A DNA stretch of 64,000 bases from Ascidiella aspersa (lineage: Eukaryota). The notes beneath the pieces were generated by a model. That model searched no databases, was not told where the DNA came from, and saw only the letters and a program-made list of their open reading frames with translations. A program made the translations under genes and the position numbers. The DNA is taken from contig OZ004609.1 of the NCBI GenBank assembly GCA_963924565.1, positions 32,116,001 to 32,180,000 on the forward strand. Direction: 5' to 3'. Below are positions 53,048 through 64,000 of the stretch, piece by piece (within the stretch, counting starts at the first letter, position 1; every line of letters starts with the position of its first letter).

Positions 53048-54002
53048 TAGGGATGCTCAAAGTAGAATATCGAATCCTTGGATTCGAATCCAGATGGGAT
53101 TCGAATCCAATTCTGCCGTTTATTTCGGGTAATTGGAACCGATATAATTTAATGTTTTACCGCCGATTGTTGCGCCTAATTGTACAAACGCGTGCGGTAA
53201 GTTGGCATGTCGCTGCGGCGACCATTTTATAGTGCTTGCTTTAAATGTAACCCGTTAGTGCAGTGTCAGCGTTTTTTCGGGCGACCAATTACTTCGCGTC
53301 TGGCGATAACGTTCGTTTAATAATTAAGTGTCAATCAAGCGTTATTGGGCGAGCGACTAACGTGTAATGTCAGGAGCGGAGTTCGCAATTTCCCTAAATG
53401 CGTTAAGTTGCAAAAGTAACACGTGCTGGCCATCGAGAAAATGCGCTATAGGGTTACTTAAGGTCAACTTTAGGCCAATATTCAGCGAGGTTATGCAGTT
53501 ATGCACAGCGTAAATTGTCAAGTATTCGTTATGTCAATAGTAACTTTGTATTCTTTGCAGTGCATTATTTGACTGCATAACAGATCAATTCGTCAAAAAA
53601 GAAGCACTAAGGCCCAACAATGCTTTTAAAAACTGTACCGAATTTCTAAAGAGTTCTGTGTGCAGTGTTGCATTGTACTCACTATTGGCAAAAATATAAG
53701 TTTTGGCAACAACCTGCACAGTGGACATGTATTACAGTTCACACAACTGCTTCAAATGACAGTTGTTAAGAATGTAAAACATTTTTTTATTATAATGTAC
53801 ACATGTTAGCAAATATTTTGGGCGATTTATTGCTGTAAATGTTGGCCCTGTAGGGTAGAAAAAGATTAATCCATTCCCCAAACAAAATCGAGGTTAAATA
53901 ATTTAATAAAAATATACTAGGATTCGCTATTCTGGATTCGTTATTCTAGATTCGAAACCTATTATTCTAGAATACTTTGGTATTCTACTTTGAACATCCC
54001 TA
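53048..54002. mobile_element. Non-autonomous hAT (Ac-type) element, 955 bp, intact ends
   Basis: 22-bp TIRs TAGGGATG(C/T)TCAAAGTAGAATA (21/22 match), perfect 8-bp TSD GTGGTAAG (53040-47 and 54003-10), subterminal GAATCC/GGATTCG repeats, no transposase ORF. Confidence 0.93.
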
Positions 54003-54068
54003 GTGGTAAGAAAAGTTTAATCCGCACCGGCGACTTGCTTTGTGGATTCTAATAAAACTGCGCCTTTC

Positions 54069-55480
54069 TCAGTAGCAACCTCTCAGGCTCAACCAATCTT
54101 GAGCGCTCCCTAGCGTATGCCTGTCTCGCCAGCGCTCGTCCGCTTGGAGGCGTTGAGCGTGCGAGGCGAGAAACTCGAGGAACTGGTCGGCGCTGTGCTC
54201 GGCGTCGCAGCTCGACCACAAGATTTCGCGAAACCGCTCCATCGTGAAATCGGTGACGTCAATCTTGTGTCCGCAGTATCGCAGGTGCTTGGAGGACTTG
54301 GACTTCCTTTTGCGGCTCGAGTCTCTTGGTTTAGAGCCCTTTAGGGAACCGACGTCAGAGCTGGTGACGTCAGACGAGTGATAGGTGGCGCTTGTGACGT
54401 CAGACGGCGCGCTGAGGTTACTCGGGGTCGGCGAGGGTGGGGCTAGGAACATGTGACTGACAGGTTGCTCGACTCGTTCGGTCTTGCTTGACAAAGAAAC
54501 CTCCTTTGGAGCTGAATCTTTCTCGGATCGATCGGCGTCAAATTCCTCGCTCAAGTTTCGCGCCACATTTCTCCGCGAGGCTACGACCAGGTACGGATAG
54601 GCGCTTGTTTCCTGCCGACTGGAGTCAGGTTCGCTCTGGTCGACGCTTTCGTCACTTACCTGAAGCTGTGAGTCCTTAACATCGACAACAGTCAACAAGG
54701 CGTTGTGTTCAGACGTTCGGTCAGTAACAGGAATCTGTTGTTGCTGCCTGCCTTCCTCGCCGTCCTCTTGAATGGGGGACAGGTGCTGGCAGCCAGGGAA
54801 GCGGGGACTCCCCTTGGGCAGCGTCCCGGGGCCGTGGCCCCACTGCCTGGGGCCTCTTTGCGCGTTTTGGGACCCCAAATCGACCGAACGCGGTCCCCGA
54901 GTAGAGGAATCTGCGCGGTTTGCGTTATAAGCAGTTTCGTTGCGCCTGAAGCGTTCAGCATCCTGCCGCATCTGATCTAGTGCGCGGCGAAGACCAAGGC
55001 ATTCGTGGTGAGCCCTGGCCGAGCGTTCCCTTTCCTGAGCCATTCGCTCCTGGTAGAACCTGGCCCGGTCTTCACTTTCGGCTCCCCACCTCCTTAACGA
55101 TTCCGCTTCCCGACGGGCGGAATCCAGCTCTCTCCTAAGAGCTAGGTTCTCCTTTTCCCTACTCTTTACTCCCACCCGCGCAGCTCTCAGTTCCTCCCCA
55201 GATCGGCGCGCATCCGCTCTTAACTCCTCAGTCTTCTTGAGTAGATCCTCCTTCTCCATCTTGAGACTGGACTCTTCTCTCAGCTTCTCCTCCAGCTTGC
55301 TCTCGCGTCTCTGGAGGAGAGCGTTGCTCTGCTGGAGGCGCATCCTCAGCTCCCCCAACCTCCGATTCCTCGCGATCACGAGAGCTTTCAGTCGCCCGAG
55401 CTTCTCAGCAGCGTCGGCGACCACAGCTTCAGTATATTGCCGTTGTTCATGTTGTTGTTGATGGTTGGTTGACTCGTCTG
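54069..55480 (-). CDS. Coiled-coil protein of unknown family, large terminal exon
   Basis: A 1.4-kb GC-rich open frame with a long E/R/K/L heptad-like region, then a Ser/Pro-rich low-complexity part and a helical C-terminus. No ATG lies near the ORF 5' end, but a phase-1 acceptor ctttgcattag|cag| sits at 55481/55478. Confidence 0.85.
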
Positions 55481-56375
55481 CTAATGCAAAGCGGAGATTG
55501 GTCACATGTATGAATTTTAATACCTTATATTTTGTATACTTGAAAGTATATTTTGTGGTTCAGTCCTAATTGTTCAAGGGTTTAAAGTTAAAGTTAGTTG
55601 GAAGTGCGATTCTCTCAGGGATGTAAACCATTTCATATTTTCGTTGGTTCGAGTGGGAATTGGTTAAGCTTTAAAAAGGTATTTTGTGTACTTGAATGTA
55701 TGTTTTTTATTTCGTCCGAGTGCGAGTTGTTTAAGGTTTTAAAGTTATATTTTTTCCGAAATTTAAAGGCACAAATTGGCCAAGTTTGTAAAACATCAGT
55801 TAGTTGAGGAGGCATTTTGTCAGGGACGTAGTTGGAGTGCGGGAGTTTATCAAGCATAGGATTTTTGGGAATAGATGTCATTGTGCGAACTAAGTGCTGC
55901 TTGAAAAGGAAGAAAACAGCCTAGTGCAGATGTAATGTCTTATAAATATCCAATCGGAATTACTAAGTTTCAGCCACTGCAAGCCATGTAATGCAGCCAA
56001 TTCCTAACCTGGAAATCAAGCATTTGAAAAATCGAAAAATCTTATTCTTAATTCCTTATAGGTAACTAATTTCGAAACAATTACGGAAAAGTAACCTAAT
56101 AACGAGCGGAACATTTAATTGCCTTTCTATTTTATCCTAGTGCTTATACTGTGTTTATTTGAGGGCAAGTATAAAACATTACGATTCGGTAAACTGGCGG
56201 AATGACTAACTCGTTTTAAACCAAGTTCATTTAACAGGAATCCGATTCGCATGACAGTAAAATCCTAATGAAATTGAGTCGCCCCAACGTTAAAAGCTAT
56301 AAAACGGCCAAAAAATCGGTTATGTCAATGCATTGAAGCAACTAACCAATAAATATGCTGTTGCTACCAGGCATA

Positions 56376-56441
56376 GTATATTTAAAACAGGTTCCTCTGG
56401 CTAATAATATATATTGCCAGAGGAACCTGTTTTAAATATAC
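56376..56441. repeat. Perfect 26-bp inverted repeat (66-nt hairpin), intronic
   Basis: GTATATTTAAAACAGGTTCCTCTGGC - 14 nt - GCCAGAGGAACCTGTTTTAAATATAC. Confidence 0.95.
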
Positions 56442-56448
56442 AACTAAC

Positions 56449-56818
56449 CAATAATATGTTCACGAAAGCCGCTACTGTCGCCGAGGCTGCTTTCGGGACT
56501 CGTAGACCGGTGATGACCACACGAATCTTCTTTTACTATCTTAGATTGAGTCGATTGTTTCAAGTCGCCGCCTTCAGAAGTAAATTCACTCCCATTCGTC
56601 TGCATCGACATTTCGCCAAAGGTCTTGGCGGCGGTATCGTCCGACACTTGACCCTTTAGCGTGTGAACTTGCTGCAAGGCTTGCTTGAGAACCGACCTGT
56701 AAGCGGCCAGGTAGGCTGTCTGGTCCTTCATGTCTTTTACCTGCTGGTTAACCTGTTCGTTTGAATTCCACGAGGTGAAGCCTCCAGATGGGAGACGCTG
56801 TTGCGCGTCTTGCAGCAT
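56449..56818 (-). CDS. Coiled-coil protein of unknown family, probable first coding exon
   Basis: ATG at 56818 opens a coding-like frame (MLQDAQQRLP...REHII) ending at the phase-1 donor G|gttagt. This is compatible with the phase-1 acceptor at 55480 and gives a joined product of ~593 aa. A branch-like ccctaac and acceptor cttcgcag| lie upstream at 56873. Confidence 0.65.
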
Positions 56819-59800
56819 TTCTCCAGTTTAAAAGTTTTTAAAATTGGAAGAGAACCTGGCATCCTAACATTTCTGCGAAGATTTGGGTTGGTTAAGATTT
56901 GTTAGGGAATTGAGATTTTTGGCCGTTCCGCACTACGAATCTCTCACTAGAAACGTGAAAATAGAAATAATTTCGCTCTAGGTCAATTGCAACCACTTAA
57001 TAACGCAAGTTTTGCGAATCAATTTGCAGATGCGGTAATTCAACAGTGATATCATGAATTTGCTATTGACGACCGTGACCAACATTAAACAGAAACACGA
57101 CCACTCACCATATAATCAATCACCACCAGGACTGGTTGGGTAGTAACAAGATGAAAAATATTTCTTACGGTTTGTGAATTTTTCAGTCGGGAGTATTCTG
57201 CTTCAAAATACATTTTGTCAATTTATAACTACGGCTTAACTAATACTATACTTTATTTGCCTTTTGCTGTTATTGGAGAACAACGAGATGGCGATACTGC
57301 ACAATTCGCTAAATCAGTGGATCTCGACCCTTTCACCGGTTTTCTCAATGAAATAACGGAGAACCTCCGCCAATTGCAAATCAACAAAAATCTGACAAAT
57401 CGCGGTATGGCAATATCTCAGACATTTAAATTAGTACACTTATAAACTGAGCATGGTGCAAAAGTTTTCAATTGTTTTATTTCTATTAAAACCTAAAAAG
57501 GAATGTGCTCCGTCCAAAACAATTAAATTAAAAAATGGGTCCGTGAACACCATTGTAAAAACTACTGCTCTAACAATTTAAACTTTGCAGGTCATGCTAC
57601 TGAATGATCAACTTCTAACTTTTACCCGAAGTTGATCGCGAACACCATAAAACACTCCACTTCGAAATGGTGGGTTAAAATGTAAAGACGTCTCAGGAGA
57701 GGGTAAGTGCCATATTAGACGCGTTATTAAGGTCGCCACCATCCAATTAGACGAGGGCTTGCCGCCTGGTTGCTCCACATTACTTAACAGGCCATGAGAC
57801 CGACTGCCCGAGGCGCAATCAATATCACGTGATGTCAAGGTTGTGACGTCGAGAGACGGTACTAATAGAAACGCAGTCAAAGTCAACTGTACTTTCAATA
57901 CAGTTTAGCACAATTTTTCTCAGTAGTTTATAGCTAGCGGCAATAAAAAATAATAATTAACTGATTAAGGCAACCCTGCACGATTTTTCATAAGGTAAAA
58001 ATTCACTAAAACAACAAACCATAAACGGAACTGGAACAACACGCATCAACTCTACACAACGTATTGTTTTGGGTTTATTCCACTCTAATCTTACACAAAA
58101 AGTTATGATTCTCAAAATATCTCTCGGCACCCTTGAGCATTAGAAATGGCACCTCAGGGTTCCGCGGCAAGCCGGTTGAGAACCACTGGTTCAGCAGTAT
58201 CAAAGAGTTTGTCACATTTAAAGCCTCACTAAACCATTGTAACGAAACTTATCCGTTTTCCTCGCAATAAATAACTATATGATCTAGAAACTAATGTATT
58301 TAGGGTTTAACAACGTTACTTCCTCTTCTGAATTAGGCTATAACTACAGTATTAAGCCTAAAGGTATTTTGAAACGTAAAACCTGTAAATTTTAACGTAA
58401 AAGCAATAACGAACAACATGTTTGACACGTCTATTGAATAGAAATTTTTCTGTCACCAACTTTTACTAAAACTCTCATCCTACAGTTCTAAACTAAAAAT
58501 TCCGATTGACAATTCTGATTGAAACCTTTGCATTTCTTCACTGTTGACCAAACGACGTTACGCGCCAAGCAACACCTTTCCGTCTGTTTATAAATTATTA
58601 ATCGTTCTGCTTCGGATAACAACAGGCAACAACGTAACCTATCAACGACAACTATAGCACAACCAATACCGCAACAAATTACACAACTCAGCAGCCCTTT
58701 GAAAAAATAAAACAGGCCAACTCAAAGCATTGCCATTGCATAGACTCAAACCGCATACGAGCAGCAGCTGTTTCCGTAAGTTATCAATTGCACGCAGCAA
58801 AGTGGGTGTGCGACTGTGCGTGTGTGCGTATGCTTGTGTCTGCGTGTGTGCTTCGCCGTCTATTCTTTCGTTACTGCAAATGGCTGACGCACGCATGTTG
58901 GTCTTCTGTGGTGCTGTGTTTCTGGATATTCAAACAGCACGCGCTTAATAGACTTTCGTTTGATATCAGCATATCATTTTTCTAACTAAACTGTGTAACC
59001 GTCTTTGTCCCATTGCGCATTTCATAGACGCACAAGCACAGCTTTTGGTCAGAATTTGGCATGCTAAAAAATAACTAAAAACATTTTTGCGGCCTACCAA
59101 ACAGGCATAACGTGAATTGGTATAAGCTAATATTCAAAGTTTAAACTAACTTCTGCGGCCTTCGGTGAAGCCATTTTGACAGACATAAACTAATTTTACT
59201 CATTAATACTCAAAAAATGAAGACTAACTTCTTGTCTATCAGCACCGTATATAACACCATGAACTAACACCGAGTTCAGTACAACTGCAAAAATAAGGAC
59301 AAATGGTATCATACCAGTAAAAAACAAAAACCTTTAAGATGTTTCCATTGTCCGTCTTTAACTAAGCCTAAGCTTACATTTATTAAAATTTGTTGAAATT
59401 AAAGCTTAAGCTTTAAAACTGGAAACCCTATAACACAGCAAGCAAGTTACACAAGTTAAAAAAACACCTGCCAACGTTCCCAGCATGTACTTTAAGCCAA
59501 CAGTCAAAGCCTAAAACAGTCGACCTGTGCCTTATGTCGCAGTGTCAACAAATCGATGTGTCGTCGACCTCGTTCGATGCTAGGGCATCGCGCGCCAGAC
59601 AATGACGTCACATAGAGCTTCGTATGTCCAATTTGCGTGGCGCTAGTCACATGACTCATGGCCTAAGGCCTTGGGAAACTTAGTCGAAGGTTTTTTCTCC
59701 TATTGCATCGCTTGCGTGTTGTATGCGCTATATGCAGGGTTACCATCGGATTAAGACCAAAAAATAAGCATGCTTCTGCGAAAAATCTAAAATTTGGTGG

Positions 59801-59935
59801 GAGGGGGAATTAGGCCAAACTATATTTTTGCCAACTTTTATACTTTGTAAATACAAAATTTTGAGGGTTAGCGCGAAATTTAATACATTTTTACTACGTT
59901 TTTGTCTGTTTTAAGGAAATCTATTCAGTCCAAAC

Positions 59936-60346
59936 CAGGGCTGCGGAGTCGGACTCGGGACTCGGGACTCGACGGAGTCGGTTTGTTTTGCCGGAGTCGG
60001 ACTCGGGACTCGAGTAAGACCGCGTAAAACTACCCGAGTCCCGAGTCCGACGTGCGCATGCGCAGTATTAAATTTTAAAACTGTTAAGGCGGCAAAATGT
60101 AGTTGTGAAAGTGTAATAACAAATGGTGAAATAGTTTTAAACCATGTAATGCGGGTGGATCAATTATGACACCAATATGAGTGGATTGCAGAAAATCCAC
60201 CTTAATTTAGTTGCGTAAATGGGTAAAATACAGGCTATAGAGTCAGAGCTGGAATCGGGACTCGACAAAATCTTACATTTGGCCGGAGTCGGACTCGGGA
60301 CTCGGGAGTCGGACTCGGGTTGTTTTTAACCGACTCCGCAGCCCTG
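59936..60346. mobile_element. hAT MITE, 411 bp, intact
   Basis: Perfect 17-bp TIR CAGGGCTGCGGAGTCGG, perfect TSD GTCCAAAC (59928-35 and 60347-54), arrays of GACTCGG/GGAGTC subterminal repeats. Confidence 0.95.
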
Positions 60347-62016
60347 GTCCAAACACGCCATGCATATCATGTGCTACGCCGTGTGAAGTCTATAAAAGAC
60401 AATTTTAGGTGAATTAAACTATACAGTAAATGCTGCCATTTCGAGCAATATACGAATCGCTTTTATGTGCGTAAGGACCCATGAACTTTTTTAAATTAAA
60501 CGTTTTGCCAATTTAAACCAAATAAACACAATATTTTTCACCTTTGCCTGATTAAACTGCTTTCAGCTTTAATGTGCGCCCGAAAACAAGTGTTTCTAAA
60601 TAAATTGTTTTACGTCGTCACGACATGACATAAATTTGTGACGTCAACGCTAGCAAAGGTCATGGCTTCCCGAACAAAAATCCTCGATCCGCCCCTGGTG
60701 CGGAACTAGAGTTTCGTTTACATGGGCAAACATTGTTCATTAAGCAGCTTGAATATTGCAGCGCAACCATCTGATGTATATTTAGGTGTACCGGTTTGAC
60801 CGAGCGTTGGTTACATAATTTACGGGAAAGGTTTTGTCAAGGTTTAAAATGAACCTGTTTGAGGCCTTTTAGTGAGCGCCGTACTATTTACGGAAAACGA
60901 TTAAGTTGAAGATCTGAGTATACCTGACCGCGTACTGTAGGCAGCTACTGTATGTGTAATGACGATTAAATTGATTTAAACCGTTATGGCACCATTTGCT
61001 CGGAAGTGATTAACTGTGACGCCTTGAAAAACATTAATAACGCCACATTATTCATACACCGCCCACCAATTCCAGTTTTATAAAGGTGATTTAGATAAAG
61101 CGATAGTCAGACAACAAGGTGGCTGGCCGAACAACATAAGCAAGAGACAACAGAACAAATGTATAGGCATGTCGTCAGGAAATTTTCGGACTAGAAAAAA
61201 AAATTATTACCAGGGTCTCAATATTTTTGCTTTATTCTGACGAAAATCGTAGTTAACAATCTTGTAGCAAATGCGTTTTGAACGACGTTGTAAATGTATA
61301 CCAGTGTTGTATGCAGATCTCTTTAAATTAACTGAAGTCCAAGTCAAGTCGGTTGCTAATTAGAGTCCAAATTTCATTTAAGGTTTGGCTACGGCAGAAA
61401 GTCTTTAACTGTGCACCAAGACACCCTGCGGTACGTCGTTTTAATTTCCAAGGGCGTCGCACAATGATTTGTTTCGTGCCCGAACTCAATTGCGGTGATA
61501 AATGCTTGCAAATAATAATAACAACTCGCATGTGAAATCGAAATCGTTGTTATTACTACAAACAAGTGCGATTTATTTAAAATTTGGGTTACAAACAAAA
61601 ATAATAAATCAAAACTAGTAAAAATTACTGGTCTCGTCGCGAGACCTTTTCCAAAGAAATCGCAAGAAAAAGGGTTTAAAAACCACTTGATTCCGCTGAC
61701 CGCTGAAAAATCTGAAACAAAACAACATGTTTATATTAGACTTATTGCAATTTTTTGCCCTGGTTGCACAAGTATCAAACGATCAAGTTTATGCGGTTGA
61801 GAAGGCCCTTTTCGACCACCATACACTTCGTCGAAAAATCGGTGTATAATAAAACGTTGTTTGTCACATTGAGAGTGTAAAGTGAAAGTACTGTGTGAAC
61901 GTGGTGTAAGCCAAACGGCGCCGTTAAGATTTTGTTTGCGTACACTGTTGATCGGTCGAGTAAGCTGCCTTCCGCTTGACATGTCAAAGAGCAAAAACAA
62001 CAACATGAACTATGAA

Positions 62017-62450
62017 CAGGGCCGTAACTGTCAGCGGTTCAGTCGGCTCGCTGTACCTTTTCCCAGAGCAAGGGGGCGAATACCTTGATGTTATTGGAAA
62101 ATTTTATATGATAAAAGCTATGGCAATCTGTTCATATTTTAATTTAAAATAAACAGGTATAATCTCTTTTTTCGGGATGCAGTTTGAAGAGCCCCGTTTA
62201 AACTCTTTTGCACGTATGAAACTTATGTGCCTATAATGAGTTTTCATGTTTATTCCTTGGAAATATTACTCTTTTGACCATGTAGTTGCAATAAAAAATG
62301 TTTCACAATTTTATCTGCATTTTTTGACAACATTGTCGATACCAAAAAACTGCTTCTACAGCTGAGAAAATTATTCTAATTGAATCTTACTAAATACGGG
62401 CGCCCCATAGTAGAGTTTGCACCACGGCCCCAACTGACGAAATTACGTAT
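62017..62450. mobile_element. Decayed CAGGGCCGTAACT-type non-autonomous DNA element (related right ends at ~60697 and ~63557)
   Basis: Left end CAGGGCCGTAACT..GGGGGCG and a right-end-like GGGCGCCCC..TTTGCACC..GGCCCC..ATTACG; no TSD visible. Confidence 0.35.
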
Positions 62451-64000
62451 TAAATTTGCTCTGGTTCTGCTTGGTTGCCCAACTGAAGAGTTTTGTTGGA
62501 GTGGGTAGGTAAACTCATTTGGATTTTCTTTTCAATTAAATCAAATTTTGACTATATTCAAGGTATTTTAAATATCAGGTATCGGCTTGCACAAGCGTTA
62601 AAAATCGTGTATCGGCATCGATCCGAATAATCGTTTCGTTTAAACGTAATACAGCATAACGTAACATGCGCCCGGACCCCAAAAAAATCTTTCGGAAAAA
62701 AGCGTAATGCCTTCCCTTAAAATTAACACAAACCAAGATAGATATAACTTTTTTTTTTCAATATAACAAATAGGTTTCAAGAACATCGTCCTTCCGATTT
62801 TTGCAAAATGCGTCAACGTTCGGGTTTAGGTATAGAGTTCGAAATATGCGCTTAGTATTTGTGCTAAGGGTGGCCCAATTTCAATTTGTTGCTGCACTGG
62901 TATAAGTTGGCATAACAATCCATCAAGCATTTAAATTAATAAGGATGCAATTTGGCGCCACGTACAGTACTTAACGTCAAGTCGACTTAATTGTGTTAAA
63001 GCCATCTGGCATTAATCACAAGGCGGAAATGATTTGATATAAACTGTGACGCACTGTACACCTCAACGGAAGAGATAAACTAAAAAAACACCTACTGTAA
63101 TTAATTACACAGTAGCGAAGCTATCCGTTATGTACTACTGTGGGTTGAATTTTGCTTGGGTAGGGCACCGACATTTTTTTTAGAGATAACGTCACAAAGT
63201 TACGTCATAACGTGACGTCACAAGTTACATCTAAACGCGAAGTAATGAAAAGTAACCTATAACAACACTGTTAATTCATTTATTTAGTTAAAGCTGTAGA
63301 TTGTACAGGTGTTACTTTCAACGCAAAAGCTTTGACAATGTTATCGATATGCGCAAAACGCCTTTATATCGTTTGAAGTTGCCCAAACTTTTATTTTCGA
63401 TGCTGCAATGGGTAGATAGGACATACGCCCTGTTTTAAAATTTGAAATTTTTTTTATTTACTTTTTTTTTGTTTACTTGGTTACCATAGGCAAACAATAT
63501 TTTTTTTGGAGCGGTGCTAGACAACGTGCCCCCCCCCCCCCTTGGATTACCCCCCTGGTTTATGTTAATGAAAGTTCAAATAAAGACTGACTACCAGAAT
63601 ATTCCCTGAAGGGGAAATTTGCCTAATAGACGATGGTTGCAAAAAACACAAAATGCATCATTGCTTTCTACAAACCACGCCATATCACAAAGAAGCCGCT
63701 CAAACCACCCAAAAAAATGCAAGTTTCACCCTTCTGGAAATGCTGAGTGTCACTTCTAAAGTTGTTCGCTCACTTACTTGCAAAACAGTCGTGCTTGACT
63801 GAGCGCGACCTCGCATTTGTTTTGCACAGCGCCTTGAATGAACGCGTTAAAGCTGAGTTTGCATAATATAGCGTTATCGGTCAGCATTTTGCTAGCAGGT
63901 CACATTTGTGTTTGTCTCGGCAATTTGAAACGCAGCTACATCGATAAAATTTCACCTGGTATAGTTGGGCTCCAGCGGCTGTTAAAACAAACTTCGACGT

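Noticed and set aside
55481-55505. GTG start of the 478-aa ORF
   Set aside because: In a eukaryotic context this segment reads as a splice acceptor region, not a start.
55633-55881. 82-aa ORF as an extra exon of the coiled-coil gene
   Set aside because: It is AT-rich, ends in a stop, overlaps a degenerate duplication and has no suitable donor. The flanking exons join in phase without it.
379-62088. The ~150 short ORFs in the six-frame track
   Set aside because: They show no recognisable domains, often use non-ATG starts, overlap on both strands and have lengths expected by chance. Only those overlapping the spliced exons above are retained.

Overview
This is eukaryotic, intron-rich, CpG-replete invertebrate DNA. 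An ascidian (tunicate) origin is the most likely inference, based on tandem ephrin-A paralogs, excess TGACGTCA words and many hAT MITEs. Most short ORFs in the track are noise, and the real genes have to be assembled by splicing. The minus strand carries two tandem ephrin paralogs. One is a complete 5-exon GPI-type ephrin-A (43221->36057, 276 aa). The other is a partial paralog with exon 1 at 27485-27379 and exon 2 at 2091-1931, separated by a ~25 kb intron, with its remaining exons off-window. The window also holds an elongator tRNA-Met (50109-50181) and a probable 2-exon ~593 aa coiled-coil gene of unknown family (56818->54069). Repeats include numerous non-autonomous hAT elements (two with perfect 8-bp TSDs), a 178-bp tandem array interrupted by a foldback element, and motif-dense candidate enhancers. 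The strongest leads are a dense GATA cluster upstream of the complete ephrin, a perfect 26-bp hairpin between duplicated splice donors, a 35/36-nt identity patch between the ephrin paralogs, and an extra cysteine pair in the ephrin domain. I cannot support a wholly new biological system from the sequence alone.
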